Origin: an uncultured delta proteobacterium
Lineage (GTDB): Bacteria > Desulfobacterota > BSN033 > UBA1163
Assembly: GCA_963708295.1 (NCBI GenBank)
Contig: CAVPSJ010000016.1
Location: forward strand, 32,001-96,000
Reading direction: 5' to 3'
Length of the DNA: 64,000 nt
Below are positions 40,906 to 51,501 of the stretch, one piece after another. Position 1 is the first letter of the stretch; every line of letters begins with the position of its first letter. The notes below the pieces were generated by a model that did not search any database, was not told the origin of the DNA, and saw nothing but the letters and a program-made list of their open reading frames with translations. Position numbers and translations under genes: made by a program.

Positions 40906-41901
40906 TTACGGGATCAGTGGCGACAGCGCATGGGCAAGCCGGATTATTTCAGGGCCATTCAACCAACTTGACGCGGATACATGCGATAGCAGCGATGTCA
41001 ACACCAACCGGTGGTCTTTGTTGCGATGGCACGTCTCAAGTTCAGAGAAAAGGCGTTCTGCCTGCGCCGCCGGAACAACTTGATCGTGCCGGTCGTGAAT
41101 GAGCGTCACCGGACAGTCGAGATGCTCCAGATTGCCAGCGGGGGAAAGTTTCTTGAGCACCTCCGGCTCCTGGAAAACGCTTGAATACTTCCGTATCGAG
41201 GTCATGGAGATAGCGAATCATAAAAACGTCGTTTTTCTTCCAAAGACGCTTCGGAACAATATCGGTCGAGCAGCATTTCGATTTCCTGCCAGACCTCCTG
41301 AGAAAAAGCAACAGCATCCCGTCGCCCATAAAGAAAGACAAGCCGTTGATGGATGGCCTCGTCCCATTCCGTGTCGCTCTGTGGCTCGCGTTCCAGGTTC
41401 AGGGCATATCCTTCCAGAACATCTGATAAGTTATGATACGCGCCGAGCGTGATGACCCACGGAATGTGCTTTGATACTTCGAGGTGACCCGCCACGATGA
41501 GCGCGTAACTTCCGCCAAAACTAAACCCAATCAACCCCACCGGCTGGTGAATCGTGTCGGCGGTGAGGGCCACGACGTTTGCGAGTTCGTCCAGGTCGGA
41601 TGTCTCCCATCGACAGGATGCCAGTCCCCCGAGGGTCGGGACCACACAGGTGGTCCCAAAGTGCGCCGCGGTGCGGGCAAAGTGGATCAGTCGTGGGTCC
41701 TGTCCGCCTTTGAGGGTCACCCCGTGGACAGCAACGCAGGCAGCCAATGTTCTATGTTGATGCTGGTAGACCGACCATGCGCGTCCCCGATGAAGAGCAT
41801 TCCTGATGTTCTACAACCGAGGGATCTGGAGGGCGCTGGTTTCCCCTCCATGCTAACCGCGCCAGAAAAGCGTGCGATTTGATGAGTCTCAATAATCCCA
41901 T
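40906..41901 (-). CDS. Alpha/beta hydrolase (frameshifts near 41790 and 41215)
   Basis: VHG, GFSFGG nucleophile, IHDRHDQVVP and LLSHV across three joined ORFs. Confidence 0.7.
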
Positions 41902-41905
41902 GGGA

Positions 41906-43313
41906 TCAGTGCGTGATGCGTTCTCCGCCGCGATGGACGACATTATACGCGCATGTGGGCATCAGTCTTCCATCCGCGAGCATCGTGCGGCTGATGCACA
42001 TTTTGGCGCGCCCGATATCGAAGTTCAATCCATCCATGTAGGAATGGACGAGCACCACCTTGACCAGGTTTTGACTGCGGGCTTTGAATTCCTCGAGAGA
42101 GAGTGCGCCCGCAACCGGAAATAACATATCAATGAGATGGCGAATCGCCGCCAGTCCCTTTACCGTATCCGGATCCTTCTTCCCGCTGGCCCAAAGTCTA
42201 TTGACCACATCGCGGAAGAGACTCTCAAGTTCGGCGTTCAACACCAAAAGCGCTTTATTCGAGATGAGGGCTTGATAGTCTAGAGGGTCTAAGAACCGTT
42301 TCAGCGGAATGAACCCGCCGTCAGGCAGAGGCAGATGGTAAGCAATCTGCAGACATTCAGGATGCGAGAAGGACACGGGAGAAAAATCCGAAGCCAAAAT
42401 CGTTCCACCGGTTTGCGCCTCCAGGCGGATCAGGACATCCTGGGCGGTGATGCGGTGTTCTCTGCCATGGTCGAAACGGCTGCCTTTGCCTATATAAGCC
42501 ATGGTCGCAATATCCAGCGTGCCAATGGAGGGATCCGTTAGAAACATTTCGTAGAGTTTGCCAAGTTCGTGGTCGTTGATTCCGCCAACGATGGTTGGGC
42601 AAAGTCCGACTTTCGAGCCGGCGGTTTTGAGGACCGTCAGCGCCCGTCTCTTCTCGTCCAAAAGAGCTTTTCCTCTGAGCGTCGAGTAGATGCCGTCCGA
42701 GAAGCCATCCCATTGCAACACGACATAGAGGTTTTCTTTCGCCATTCGGCTGGCAAAGTTAGGATCGCCGGCAATCCGCTGGCCATTGGTGTACACCCAG
42801 ATGTCTTCGAATCCAAACTGTTTGAGCAGTCTCACAAGATCGAAGAAATGAGGGTGCACGGTTGGTTCTCCGCCACCCAACGTCACGATTTGCCCTGGTC
42901 CGGCATAGGCCAGAATGGCTTTTACCATGGATTCCATCTCGGCAATGGATACGAAATGGCCGTGTTTGTCAGGACTTCCAAGACAGATTGGACAATTGAG
43001 ATCACAGGCATTGGTAATCTCAAAGAGGAAGAAGGCTGATTTCTGCCGGTGTCCAGCACATTCTCCGCAGTCCAGAGGACATCCTTTGGCCATGACGGTC
43101 TGCCGGCTCGCCGGCGTAACCGTCTGAGCGGAGAAGGACTGTAAGCTCCGTAACCAATCGTAATCAGCAGGCGATGCGCGTTTTAAAAGAACCGTGATCT
43201 GGACAAAACTTCTCATGATGTACCCCTTGTTCATCCTCAACCAGGTCGGCCGTCAGTAAGCGGTGGCAGACCGGGCAAATACTTGCACGCGACTGATGAA
43301 AAATGCGTTTCAT
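41906..43313 (-). CDS. Tes/GDGT-MAS-like radical SAM enzyme, paralog 3 (frameshift near 43170)
   Basis: ATG 43313 gives MKRIFHQSRASICPVC...KFCPDHG; then GCPLDCGECAGH; CDLNCPIC; GGGEPTVHP; LQWDG; SHPEC; YMDGLNFDIGRAKMC...DGRLMPTCAYN. Confidence 0.8.
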
Positions 43314-43410
43314 TTTCGCCCCTCCAAGAGTTTCTTAACTTTTCAGGGTATGTTATCCCGGATCTTTCATAAGAGTTTATCCATGTCCGTTTTTGCGACT
43401 GGCGGTTATC

Positions 43411-44748
43411 TCACACTCCCGGTTTTTTGATTCGAGCCGGTTTTGCGCGTACCGGCGTCGTGATAGATGTCTGGCACACCCTCAACGGTTCTAACTGAGA
43501 TGAGGTTCTCAGTTGCGCGTAAGTCGAATTCGACTCACACAAATGAAGGTCCACCGCTTCCGAATCCGCTGTTTCGCCGTCAAGGTAGAGGGTATACCCT
43601 CTACGATTCTGTCCAGAATGACTCTCAGACGTCAAGAAGTATTTCAAACTCAGGATGCCGCTTTTACGGACTGCTCTCACAACCTCGTCTTCAGTAAGCC
43701 AATCGCCTCCCAGGTCAAAGCTCCGGCAATCGCGTCCGTGAATTTTTATGACGGGCGGTCTGAGGCTGATGAGAGAAACCACGTCACCGGTTTGATAGTT
43801 CCACAGTCCGCCCGGAGTTGTAACACAGAGCTTATACTTCTGGTTGAGAGCCACGGTTCCAAGGCCTGCGATTTGGCCTTTTCTGTCCATGGGAAGAAAC
43901 GTAAAGAACACTCGTCGATAATTTAGCAGAAATACTCCTGCAGATTGGGGCAGACCATACGTCCCTTCATTCGAGCCATAGACATCCACCACAGTAGCAT
44001 TCGGGAAGGCTGACTTATAAAGGTGGGCTTGGTCTACCGCCCAGTAACCACAATTGAAGACAATTTGCACGTCAGGTAGCACGATGTCTGTGGCGAGGGT
44101 AAAGGCAACGATTTCTATCGGATTGCCGGCAATTACCGTGACCCGGTGACGGAGTGCAAGGTCTGCAAGCCGAGTGAAATTGGGAGGTTCTTCCTGCTCA
44201 GGAAGATCCTTGTAAGTGGGAAGAAACCTGCTCCTGAAGGTTTGTAAATAGGCAAAGGGTGTACCTTCGGCATAGACTGTCCATCGACCCAAGGGCCGTC
44301 CCTTTCTGGGGCCAATATACAATGTCTTGCCATGCTGCCAGGACAGAGAGCCATGCTGCAAGCCGCCAAGGAGCGCCGCGTCGACCGCCGTACTCCGTGT
44401 GCTTCTGAGGATCGCACGACTCAAGGGAATCAGTTTCGGCATAGCCTCCGTTCCTGATGTCATTTCGAAGCACTCGGGTCTGCCCGCAAAGAGCACATCG
44501 TCTTCACCTGCGATGATTGCCTCGATACTCGTTCGGAAATCATCGTAAGATTTTGGCGGCACCCGCTCCAGAAAATCCTGGTTTTTTTGAATCGAGGCAA
44601 AATCGTGCTCCTTGCCGAAGGCTGTTTCTGCGCTCCTCTTCACCAGTCGAAGCAAAAGCTTCTTCTGGGAAACGAGCGGATCAGCATTCAAGAGCTGCCA
44701 CTTCCGTAACGTGGCAAGAGCCAAAAGAAACCGGTTTTCGATAGCCAT
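43411..44748 (-). CDS. GH3-family acyl-adenylate/amide ligase
   Basis: TAFGKEHDF, MTSGT..PKLIP, YGSNEG and TTPGGLWNYQTGDVV GH3 motifs. Confidence 0.8.
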   Translation of the reverse strand: MAIENRFLLALATLRKWQLLNADPLVSQKKLLLRLVKRSAETAFGKEHDFASIQKNQDFLERVPPKSYDDFRTSIEAIIAGEDDVLFAGRPECFEMTSGTEAMPKLIPLSRAILRSTRSTAVDAALLGGLQHGSLSWQHGKTLYIGPRKGRPLGRWTVYAEGTPFAYLQTFRSRFLPTYKDLPEQEEPPNFTRLADLALRHRVTVIAGNPIEIVAFTLATDIVLPDVQIVFNCGYWAVDQAHLYKSAFPNATVVDVYGSNEGTYGLPQSAGVFLLNYRRVFFTFLPMDRKGQIAGLGTVALNQKYKLCVTTPGGLWNYQTGDVVSLISLRPPVIKIHGRDCRSFDLGGDWLTEDEVVRAVRKSGILSLKYFLTSESHSGQNRRGYTLYLDGETADSEAVDLHLCESNSTYAQLRTSSQLEPLRVCQTSITTPVRAKPARIKKPGV

Positions 44749-45004
44749 TGGATTTGCTTCAGAGTGGCCAAGGAACGTCTGTCTTTCGGAGAGGAGTCTA
44801 CTTTTTCCCGGATGGCATGTCAACCTTTTTCTGGAAACGAAAGTCGACAAACCTCCCGCTGGCAAAACCCTCCCTTGGTCAACCCCAGTGACCGAGAAGT
44901 GAGAAGGTTTTTTTGCTTGACAAAGATTCATGGGATTGTTTAGAAATTCGGTGAGGCACTCGCATCAGAAAGGCGATGATCTCTCTTCGAGAAAGGAGTA
45001 CACC

Positions 45005-45370
45005 ATGAAGGTCTTCAAGTCGGAAGAGTATATTAAGATGAAGAACCCAACCCCCGGGCAGCCTTACCGGCCGGAGATTCTTACCCAGGAGCATCAGGCG
45101 AAGAATCTGGGAGGGATGTTCGGTCTCCTGGTGGCGGGTAGCCAGGTGCCTTATCATTACCACAACTACCGGGAGTCAATCATCATTGTCATCAGCGGGG
45201 AAGCGACGGAAGTCGTCGAAGGCAAGGAGTTTCCGATCAAGGCTGGCGATGTTTTATTTATTCCCTCGGGTGAGAAACATACGACCATTAACAGGTCCAA
45301 GCAGGATTTTCGATATCTGGAATTCTTCACCCATCCGCCCATCGGCGCCGATTTCGTCGAAGTGAAATAA
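45005..45370 (+). CDS. Cupin domain protein
   Basis: HYH...E...SG...GDVLFIPSGEKH; AAGGAG RBS. Confidence 0.88.
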   Translation: MKVFKSEEYIKMKNPTPGQPYRPEILTQEHQAKNLGGMFGLLVAGSQVPYHYHNYRESIIIVISGEATEVVEGKEFPIKAGDVLFIPSGEKHTTINRSKQDFRYLEFFTHPPIGADFVEVK

Positions 45371-45384
45371 AAGAAACTTTTATC

Positions 45385-45585
45385 TCACCGCGGAGACGCG
45401 AAGATCGCAGAGAGAATCTGCTTTTGATCCAATCGGGAGATGGCGATTGGACCAAAGACCGTTTTCTTCGAGAGTCAGGTTGTCGCAGGACGCCCTTTTC
45501 GTGAGGGACAAGCCATTTTGATTTGCGGCCGTCTCCCCGCAAATCAAAAGTTCCTTTCTCAGCGTTCTCTGTGCCTCTGCGGTGA
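45385..45585. repeat. Intergenic inverted-repeat element (CACCGC(A/G)GAG type)
   Basis: TCACCGCGGAGACGCGAAGATCGCAGAGAG ... CTCAGCGTTCTCTGTGCCTCTGCGGTGA between convergent genes. Confidence 0.6.
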
Positions 45586-45624
45586 ATTCATGTCTCTTTC
45601 AAGAGGCTGCGTCGATAGCAAAAT

Positions 45625-46668
45625 TCAAATTATGAGAGCGGCTCTTCCGGTGATTTTATTCGCTAAGATCATCTGGTGGGCCGTCTCGGCCTCCTCTAAA
45701 GGGAACGTCCTCGTCACAACGGGTTTGATTTTGCCTTGTTGAACAAGCTTCACGGCGTCAATCAGTTCTGCCATGGAGACGTATCGAGATCCGTGGACCT
45801 CAAGCCCTTTCTGCAACACGACCAGGGGATCGAGCCGAAAGCTTGGATCCACCTTGAAGACACTTGACGGCCGATATCCGAGGATGACGAGCTTTCCAGC
45901 CCTAGCCAGGCTTTCAAATCCCGCCTGCAATGTTTGAGAAGAAGCAACAAAATCGAGGACAGCTTCGGCGCCTTTACCGTCTGTCAGCCGCAAGACTTCT
46001 TGCGCCAGATTGTTTTCCTTGGTATCGATGATCTCATCGGCCCCTAGTGTCTTCGCCCTCTCAAGCTTCTCTCTTGAGATATCAGCGGCAAGGACCCTGC
46101 CTCCGCAGAGTCTTGCCATCTGCACGGCATGAATCCCCACACCCCCTCCGGCGCCAATGACAAGGACCGTATCTCCGGGTCCCACGTTTGCTTCCTCCCG
46201 GCAAGCATGGAGCGGTGTGGCGATCGCGTCTGAGATGATGGAGGCTTCTGTAAAAGGAATCGATTCGGGCAGAGGACAGAGATTGAGGGCCGGGGCGCAC
46301 ATATACTCGGCATAACCTCCGTCGCAGGCCATGCCGACGTACCCTCTCCAATTCTCGCAGAGGGTTTCCCGCCCGCTTCGGCAGAATTTGCAAACTTTGC
46401 AGGTCAGGTAGAAATGGCAGACCACCCGATCCCCAATTTTAACATTGCTCACTTCACTGCCGATCTCGACAATCTCTCCCGCGACTTCATGCCCTAGGAT
46501 TCTCGGATATCGGGTGACGAGTCCCGGAGTGTTTTTCATGATGATGATCGTCAATCCCACTCCTGCGGCCCTGACCCGGATCTTTGCCTCGCAAGGACCT
46601 ACACGGGGTTCGTCCACCTCGTTGAATGTGACCGGACCTCCCAACTCATGAAGAAGCATCGCTCTCAT
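45625..46668 (-). CDS. Zinc-type (MDR) alcohol dehydrogenase
   Basis: GHE, CKVCKFC...C structural Zn site, GAGGGVG; the usual catalytic-Zn Cys (GxCxxD) is replaced (GVGLT). Confidence 0.88.
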   Translation of the reverse strand: MRAMLLHELGGPVTFNEVDEPRVGPCEAKIRVRAAGVGLTIIIMKNTPGLVTRYPRILGHEVAGEIVEIGSEVSNVKIGDRVVCHFYLTCKVCKFCRSGRETLCENWRGYVGMACDGGYAEYMCAPALNLCPLPESIPFTEASIISDAIATPLHACREEANVGPGDTVLVIGAGGGVGIHAVQMARLCGGRVLAADISREKLERAKTLGADEIIDTKENNLAQEVLRLTDGKGAEAVLDFVASSQTLQAGFESLARAGKLVILGYRPSSVFKVDPSFRLDPLVVLQKGLEVHGSRYVSMAELIDAVKLVQQGKIKPVVTRTFPLEEAETAHQMILANKITGRAALII

Positions 46669-46692
46669 TGGTTTCCCTCCACCCTTTCTTCA

Positions 46693-46978
46693 TCAACCTC
46701 CTGCTCAAGCCGAGCGAACCGTAAAGGTGATCTCATCCCCATCGACGGAAACGTAATTTGTTTCGAGCTCTCTCAAGGGAAGCGACGTTTCTCCCGTTCA
46801 CGAGAACGACGCAGCCCTCCTGCAGGGAGAGATCGTCCTTGAGAAATCGTCTCCAGGGTCCTTCATGATGTCTTTGGAGGGAGGCGAGCACGTCTCGCAG
46901 CGTGGCGGATTCAAGGTCCAAAGTGATCGGCCGTTTTAAAGAAAATTCCGTTCCGAATACGTTAGTGATGATTGTCAT
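46693..46978 (-). CDS. MoaD/ThiS-family sulfur carrier (frameshifted near the 3' end)
   Basis: TLRDVL...VLVNGRNV...DGDEIT, ends GCA GGA GGT TGA (AGG*); follows the AOR gene. Confidence 0.7.
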
Positions 46979-46999
46979 GAATGGAGAACGTTTCTCTTC

Positions 47000-47178
47000 T
47001 TGACCGGAGCGTGCCCCGTCCCGCCAAAGCGGGATAGGCGGGGTTAAGGGGCGCAATATGAATGAAATTTCCTTTGCTCACATTCTGTTCGCCACTGGCG
47101 TGCCCGGGAAGCTCTTCGACATGCTCAGAGCCGGGAGCTTTCGTCGAACGGCCCCGCCCTGTGGGCGGCGAGCTTCAA
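47000..47178 (+). mobile_element. IS200/IS605-like palindromic element, copy 2, with nested CTTCGAC-type repeat
   Basis: TTGACCGGAGCGTGCCCC...TGCTCACATTCTGTTCGCCACTG..GCCCGGGAAG [insert] CCCCGCCCTGTGGGCGGCGAGCTTCAA. Confidence 0.6.
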
Positions 47179-47180
47179 TT

Positions 47181-49005
47181 TCAGAGTTGATGCTTCTTGA
47201 GGGTCTCTTCGGTCGGGATTCCCGAGACATCCCATCCCCTCAAGGCATAGTATTCGTCGATCATCTGGTTGAGGTTTTCTTCGCCGATAAACTGTCCTTT
47301 GGCCGGTCCGTCGGGAAGGGGTTCGTTGAGCGTCCGGTAGGGAAGCGTATCGTCTTCCCGCGTGAATCCCTCCCTGTTGTTGAACATCCGGATGAGCGTT
47401 TCAATGCGGTCGGCGATCTTCAGGAAGTCTTCTTTTGAAACGGACTCTCCGCTGGCAGCATGGTAATACTCAGAATAGACATCCAGCGACATGGGAACGA
47501 ACTTGGCGGGCATATCGCAAACCAGCAAGGAATGAAGGACGCAGTTTTCATCGTACAATTCTTTGATCATGGCCGCCTTGCCTTCGATGGTGTAAGGAGG
47601 ATAACCCCCGAGAATCTCTTTTGCAGGAGGCCAGGCCCTTCGATGGCAGGCCCCTCTCGGGCTCACGGCATAGGAGAGTCCCGATCCGAAAGCACCTCTG
47701 GGTTCATAAGCAGGAAACTCCAATCCCCTTGACGTGCATCGCAAATCGTTCGGAGTCGTTGCCCACGTAGCGCGGCGACAGCTCCTCACTCCTTCCGCTA
47801 GGATGTCCCCAAAACCCTGTCGCATGGCTATTCATTTCAACGGCCGCGAGGCTGGCATCGGCATCTCCAAAACGGATTTCCAAACCCTCTGTCTGGCTTG
47901 AGGAGATCAATTCCCTTTCGAAACATTCCATGACAAAGGCAATGATGTTGCCCGCCGAAATCGTATCGATTCCCAGTTTGTCGCAGAGAATATTGGCCTG
48001 CATGACGACGGGAAGACAGTCAATGAGCTGATTCGATCCAAACATGCCCAGGGTCTCATATTCCGGCCCTTCGAGGGTGATGCCTTTGTATTTGCCCTCA
48101 GAGACTTCGGTGACCAAGCTGCAATGTATGAAACAGGAGAGACAGGCCTTATGGCTCTTGAGGCTCTTATAGACGCCGACGGAATCGATTTTCTCCAAGG
48201 CCTTCTCCCAAGTACCGAAGCGAAAATTCATCGTAGGCAGAATTCCACCTACGTGGGTTACGTTCAGGGTCAGAGGGGTCCCGAACTTCATTCTGGCCTG
48301 AGCCACGGGGCTTTTCAGTGCGATCCGGTAGTTTTTGCGGTTCAGATCGACGATCGCCTGGCGATCAAAGGTCTCAACGCTTTTGTCTCCCTTGACCACA
48401 ATGGCCTTGAGGTTCTTTGAGCCCATGACCGCTCCCACGCCACCCCTCCCGGCCTGGCGGTAAAGGTCGCTGTTGATGCAGGCGAACTTGACCAGCTTCT
48501 CGCCCGCCGGACCGATCGATGAGACCCCTGCGGACGGATTTTTCTCCATCTCTTTCAGCATCCGCTCCGTTTCGAAGCTGTCTTTTCCCCAGAGGAAACG
48601 TGCGTCTCGGATTTCGATACCCTTGCCGTCCATCCTGAGATAGCAGGGATGATTGGATTTCCCGCGGATCACCAGGCCATCGTAGCCTGCCTTCTTTAAT
48701 TCCACCGATATCCTTCCGCTGGAATAGCTATCGCACCAACCCTGAGTCAGCGGTGATTTGGTGACCACGACGAATTTGGAGGAACCGGTAACATAGGTTC
48801 CTGTGAGCGGTCCGGTCAAAAAGAAGAGCAGGTTCTCCGGAGAGAGGGGGTCTGTCTTCGGTGGCAGCATATCATAGAGAAGCTTGATTCCTAACCCTCT
48901 CCCGCCCAGGTATTTCTCATACAATTCCTTCTTGACGGGGAGTGTTTTGGACTTCCCTGAAGTCAGATCTATCTCTAAAAGTCTCCCGCAAATTCCTTTC
49001 ATCAT
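47181..49005 (-). CDS. Aldehyde:ferredoxin oxidoreductase family (W/Mo-pterin), frameshifts near 47730-47830
   Basis: LGGRGLG, KSPLT, IGPAGE, GRGGVGAVMGSKNLKA, CLSCFIHC, EYE, CDKLGIDTIS, HVKG and YYALRGWD..GIP. Confidence 0.9.
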
Positions 49006-49150
49006 TGCCTCTTTGAAGAAAATTACTCAATGTTTAACTATAAGATATCATCTATCGCTGCGCCAATATAGGCGCACCTTCGTAAGCTTTGGAGCCCGGT
49101 TGTTTGTCCCGTTTTTCCCTTCCTTCGTCCGGTTACGGCACTGTCTCCAT

Positions 49151-50084
49151 TTATCTCTTTCTCATCCCGGGAGAAGTCCGTTTTCCTTTTCTCGATAATC
49201 CGGCCATTTCTTCATAGATCTTCATGACGGCCGTGGCATCCTCCCGGTCCCAGCCATTGTAATGGGCCTTCAACAGGAGCTGCTGATAGAGCGCTCCCAC
49301 TGGAAGCATAACGCCCAGTCGCTTCGCTGTTTCCATTGAGAGGGCCAGATCCTTGTTGGCGATGATCACAGGGCCTTTCGGGGAAAAAATGCCGCTGAGC
49401 ATATCCCTTCCACGCGAGATAAGGAGATCGCTTGAGGCAGCCCCTGAGGTGATTACATCGAACAACACATCAGGCCTGAGGCCCGCCTTCATGCCCAGCA
49501 CCAACCCCTCAATCGCAGCGGCCTGATTGAGGTACAAAGTATGATTGATGACAAGCTTTAATGTCGCCCCGTCCCCCATCCTTCCGGCATACACCGACTT
49601 TTTGCCGATTTGATCCAGAACGGGCTTGATCCTCTCGAAGACGGATCGCTTGCCCCCTGCCATGAAGACCATATTTCCCATCCGGGCTTGAGCAGAAGAT
49701 CCGGAGATGGGAACGTCCATCCATTCGATCCCCTTTTGGGCGAGCCTCTCCCCCATCGCCCTGCTCTCCCAGGGGGGGGGAGGTACTGGTGTCCAACACG
49801 ATCAGACCCTTTTGCGCGCCCGCAGTTATACCGTCTTTCCCCTCAAGCGCCTCAAGAACCGCGTTCCAGTTAGGGAGGGAGAGTATTACGAGGTCGGCTC
49901 CTCTTGCCGCTTCTTTTGGAGAATGCGCTGTCTTCAGCCCGAGGGGAACCAGATTGGCAACTTGCTTCTTCACGATATCAAAACCCTTTACCGGATAGCC
50001 TGCCTTCATCAGCAATGTGGCAATCGGTGTCCCCATCAGGCCGAGGCCGATGACCGAGATTTTCCTGATTTCCATGAAATTCAC
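49151..50084 (-). CDS. 3-hydroxyisobutyrate / 2-hydroxy-3-oxopropionate dehydrogenase family (frameshift at the G9 run 49772-49780)
   Basis: IGLGLMG, DTSTS, DVPISG, KLVIN and KDL motifs in two overlapping ORFs. Confidence 0.85.
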
Positions 50085-50121
50085 TTCCTCCTTCTCAACG
50101 TGGGCGTTTGTCGCCTGCCTG

Positions 50122-51177
50122 TCAGACTTTTAGATCCACCGGTTTCCCGGTGCGAGCTGAATCAATGGCCGCCCGAATCAATGCCAGGGCGACCAGGGCC
50201 CCCTGTCCGTCCGTTTCGGGTTTTTTCCCGGTGCGGATACAGTCGGCGAATTCATCGATCTCTTCGAGGATCGGATCGCCGATCGGGAAGGAAATGTTTT
50301 CGGGTTTATCCTTGGTCTTGCCGATGAGCTGCAGGACGGTATATTTGTCAACGACCGGCCAGATCCGGAGGTACTCTTCAAGAGGCGCGTTGGGGAGAGC
50401 GAGGTTGCAGAAGAGCTGGGCATCGGTTCCATAAACATAGATCCAGTTCGTCCTGGGCGTCACATAACTGGACCCGATATAGCCCAGAGCGCCTGACTCG
50501 AATTGGAAAGTCGTCATGGTCACGTCCTCCACATCCGCACGGGTATAGAGCTTATTGAAGAAGGCGAAGACCTTCTGAATAGGCCCGAAATAGTAGTTCA
50601 GTGTGTCGGCATGATGGACCCCCATGGTCATCAGGGCTCCTGCAGGACAGCCCGAGTCGTCTCCGCGCCATCGCCATTTATCGGGTGTCAATTCAAACCC
50701 CATCCTTCCGGAGAAATTGGATTCCACCATGACAGGCTTCCCGATGGCCCCCTGATCGATTAACTCCTTGGCTTTTCGAAATCCGGATACCCGTCGTATA
50801 TCGTGGCCGGCCAGCAAAACCACCCCCGCCTTCTGGCAGGCTTCGATCATCTTTTTTCCGTCGGCCAACGTGTTGGCAATGGGCTTGTCGACAAAGACGT
50901 GTTTCCCATGTTGAGCCGCCAGCACGGCATGCTCGGCATGGACGGCATTCGGCGTGACAAGGAGAACGCCTTCCACGTCATCCCGCTTCAGGACGTCTTC
51001 AAAACTCTTCTCCTGATCGCATCCGTGCTTCTGGCTGAAGGCCAGCCGCTTTTCGGGCGTTCTTGCATAGCAGGTGACCAGTCTCGCCTTCTTGCTTCTC
51101 AGGACGGTGCTGCCGATGATGCCGCCCCAACCTCCAATACCGATGAGAGCCATCCCTACCTTGTCCTGTTTCGCCAT
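50122..51177 (-). CDS. Gfo/Idh/MocA oxidoreductase
   Basis: IGIGGWG, TPNAVH, GKHVFVDKP and GALMTMGVH. Confidence 0.9.
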   Translation of the reverse strand: MAKQDKVGMALIGIGGWGGIIGSTVLRSKKARLVTCYARTPEKRLAFSQKHGCDQEKSFEDVLKRDDVEGVLLVTPNAVHAEHAVLAAQHGKHVFVDKPIANTLADGKKMIEACQKAGVVLLAGHDIRRVSGFRKAKELIDQGAIGKPVMVESNFSGRMGFELTPDKWRWRGDDSGCPAGALMTMGVHHADTLNYYFGPIQKVFAFFNKLYTRADVEDVTMTTFQFESGALGYIGSSYVTPRTNWIYVYGTDAQLFCNLALPNAPLEEYLRIWPVVDKYTVLQLIGKTKDKPENISFPIGDPILEEIDEFADCIRTGKKPETDGQGALVALALIRAAIDSARTGKPVDLKV

Positions 51178-51501
51178 GGAAACTTCCTCCTTTGCTATTC
51201 GAATTTCCCCGGGTCCAGCAAGATTTTAACCATTTAGGATTTTTCTTGTCAAACCCATTTTGCTTCAGGTCCAAGAAACTCCCATTCACCCGAACCGCAG
51301 AGGCACTTAGATTTCTTACTTCCTTGAACCGGGAAACGCGGGTACCGCCACGGTTGAAAAATGATTGGATATCGGCTTATAATGCTCGTGATTCCGAAAC
51401 GATGATCAATCCTTCCTGTCAACCCGCCTCGATGACGGTTTCAGAGAAGAGAGTAAGCGAGTTGATCAAAGGGAGTCAAAATTTCCGAGGAGGTCTTGAA
51501 C

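Noticed and set aside
43160-43175. TGC-TGA in the N-terminus of Tes-like paralog 3 as a selenocysteine codon
   Set aside because: Homology continues in a different frame (ADYDWL...), so this is a frameshift and not UGA read-through.
27092-44748. Calling the cluster an aryl polyene, ladderane or hopanoid locus
   Set aside because: It lacks recognisable aryl-polyene starter ligase, glycosyltransferase and MMPL genes, has no B12-binding rSAMs or phytoene-desaturase-like genes, and has no squalene cyclase. Only the general KS/CLF and dehydratase-pair logic is shared.
46693-46978. MoaD/ThiS protein as sulfur carrier for the biosynthetic cluster
   Set aside because: It sits directly behind the AOR gene, the usual context for pterin-cofactor MoaD, and is separated from the cluster by unrelated genes.
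49772-49780. G9 tract as a phase-variation switch
   Set aside because: It lies in a metabolic dehydrogenase within a region full of other indels; homopolymer sequencing error is the simpler explanation.
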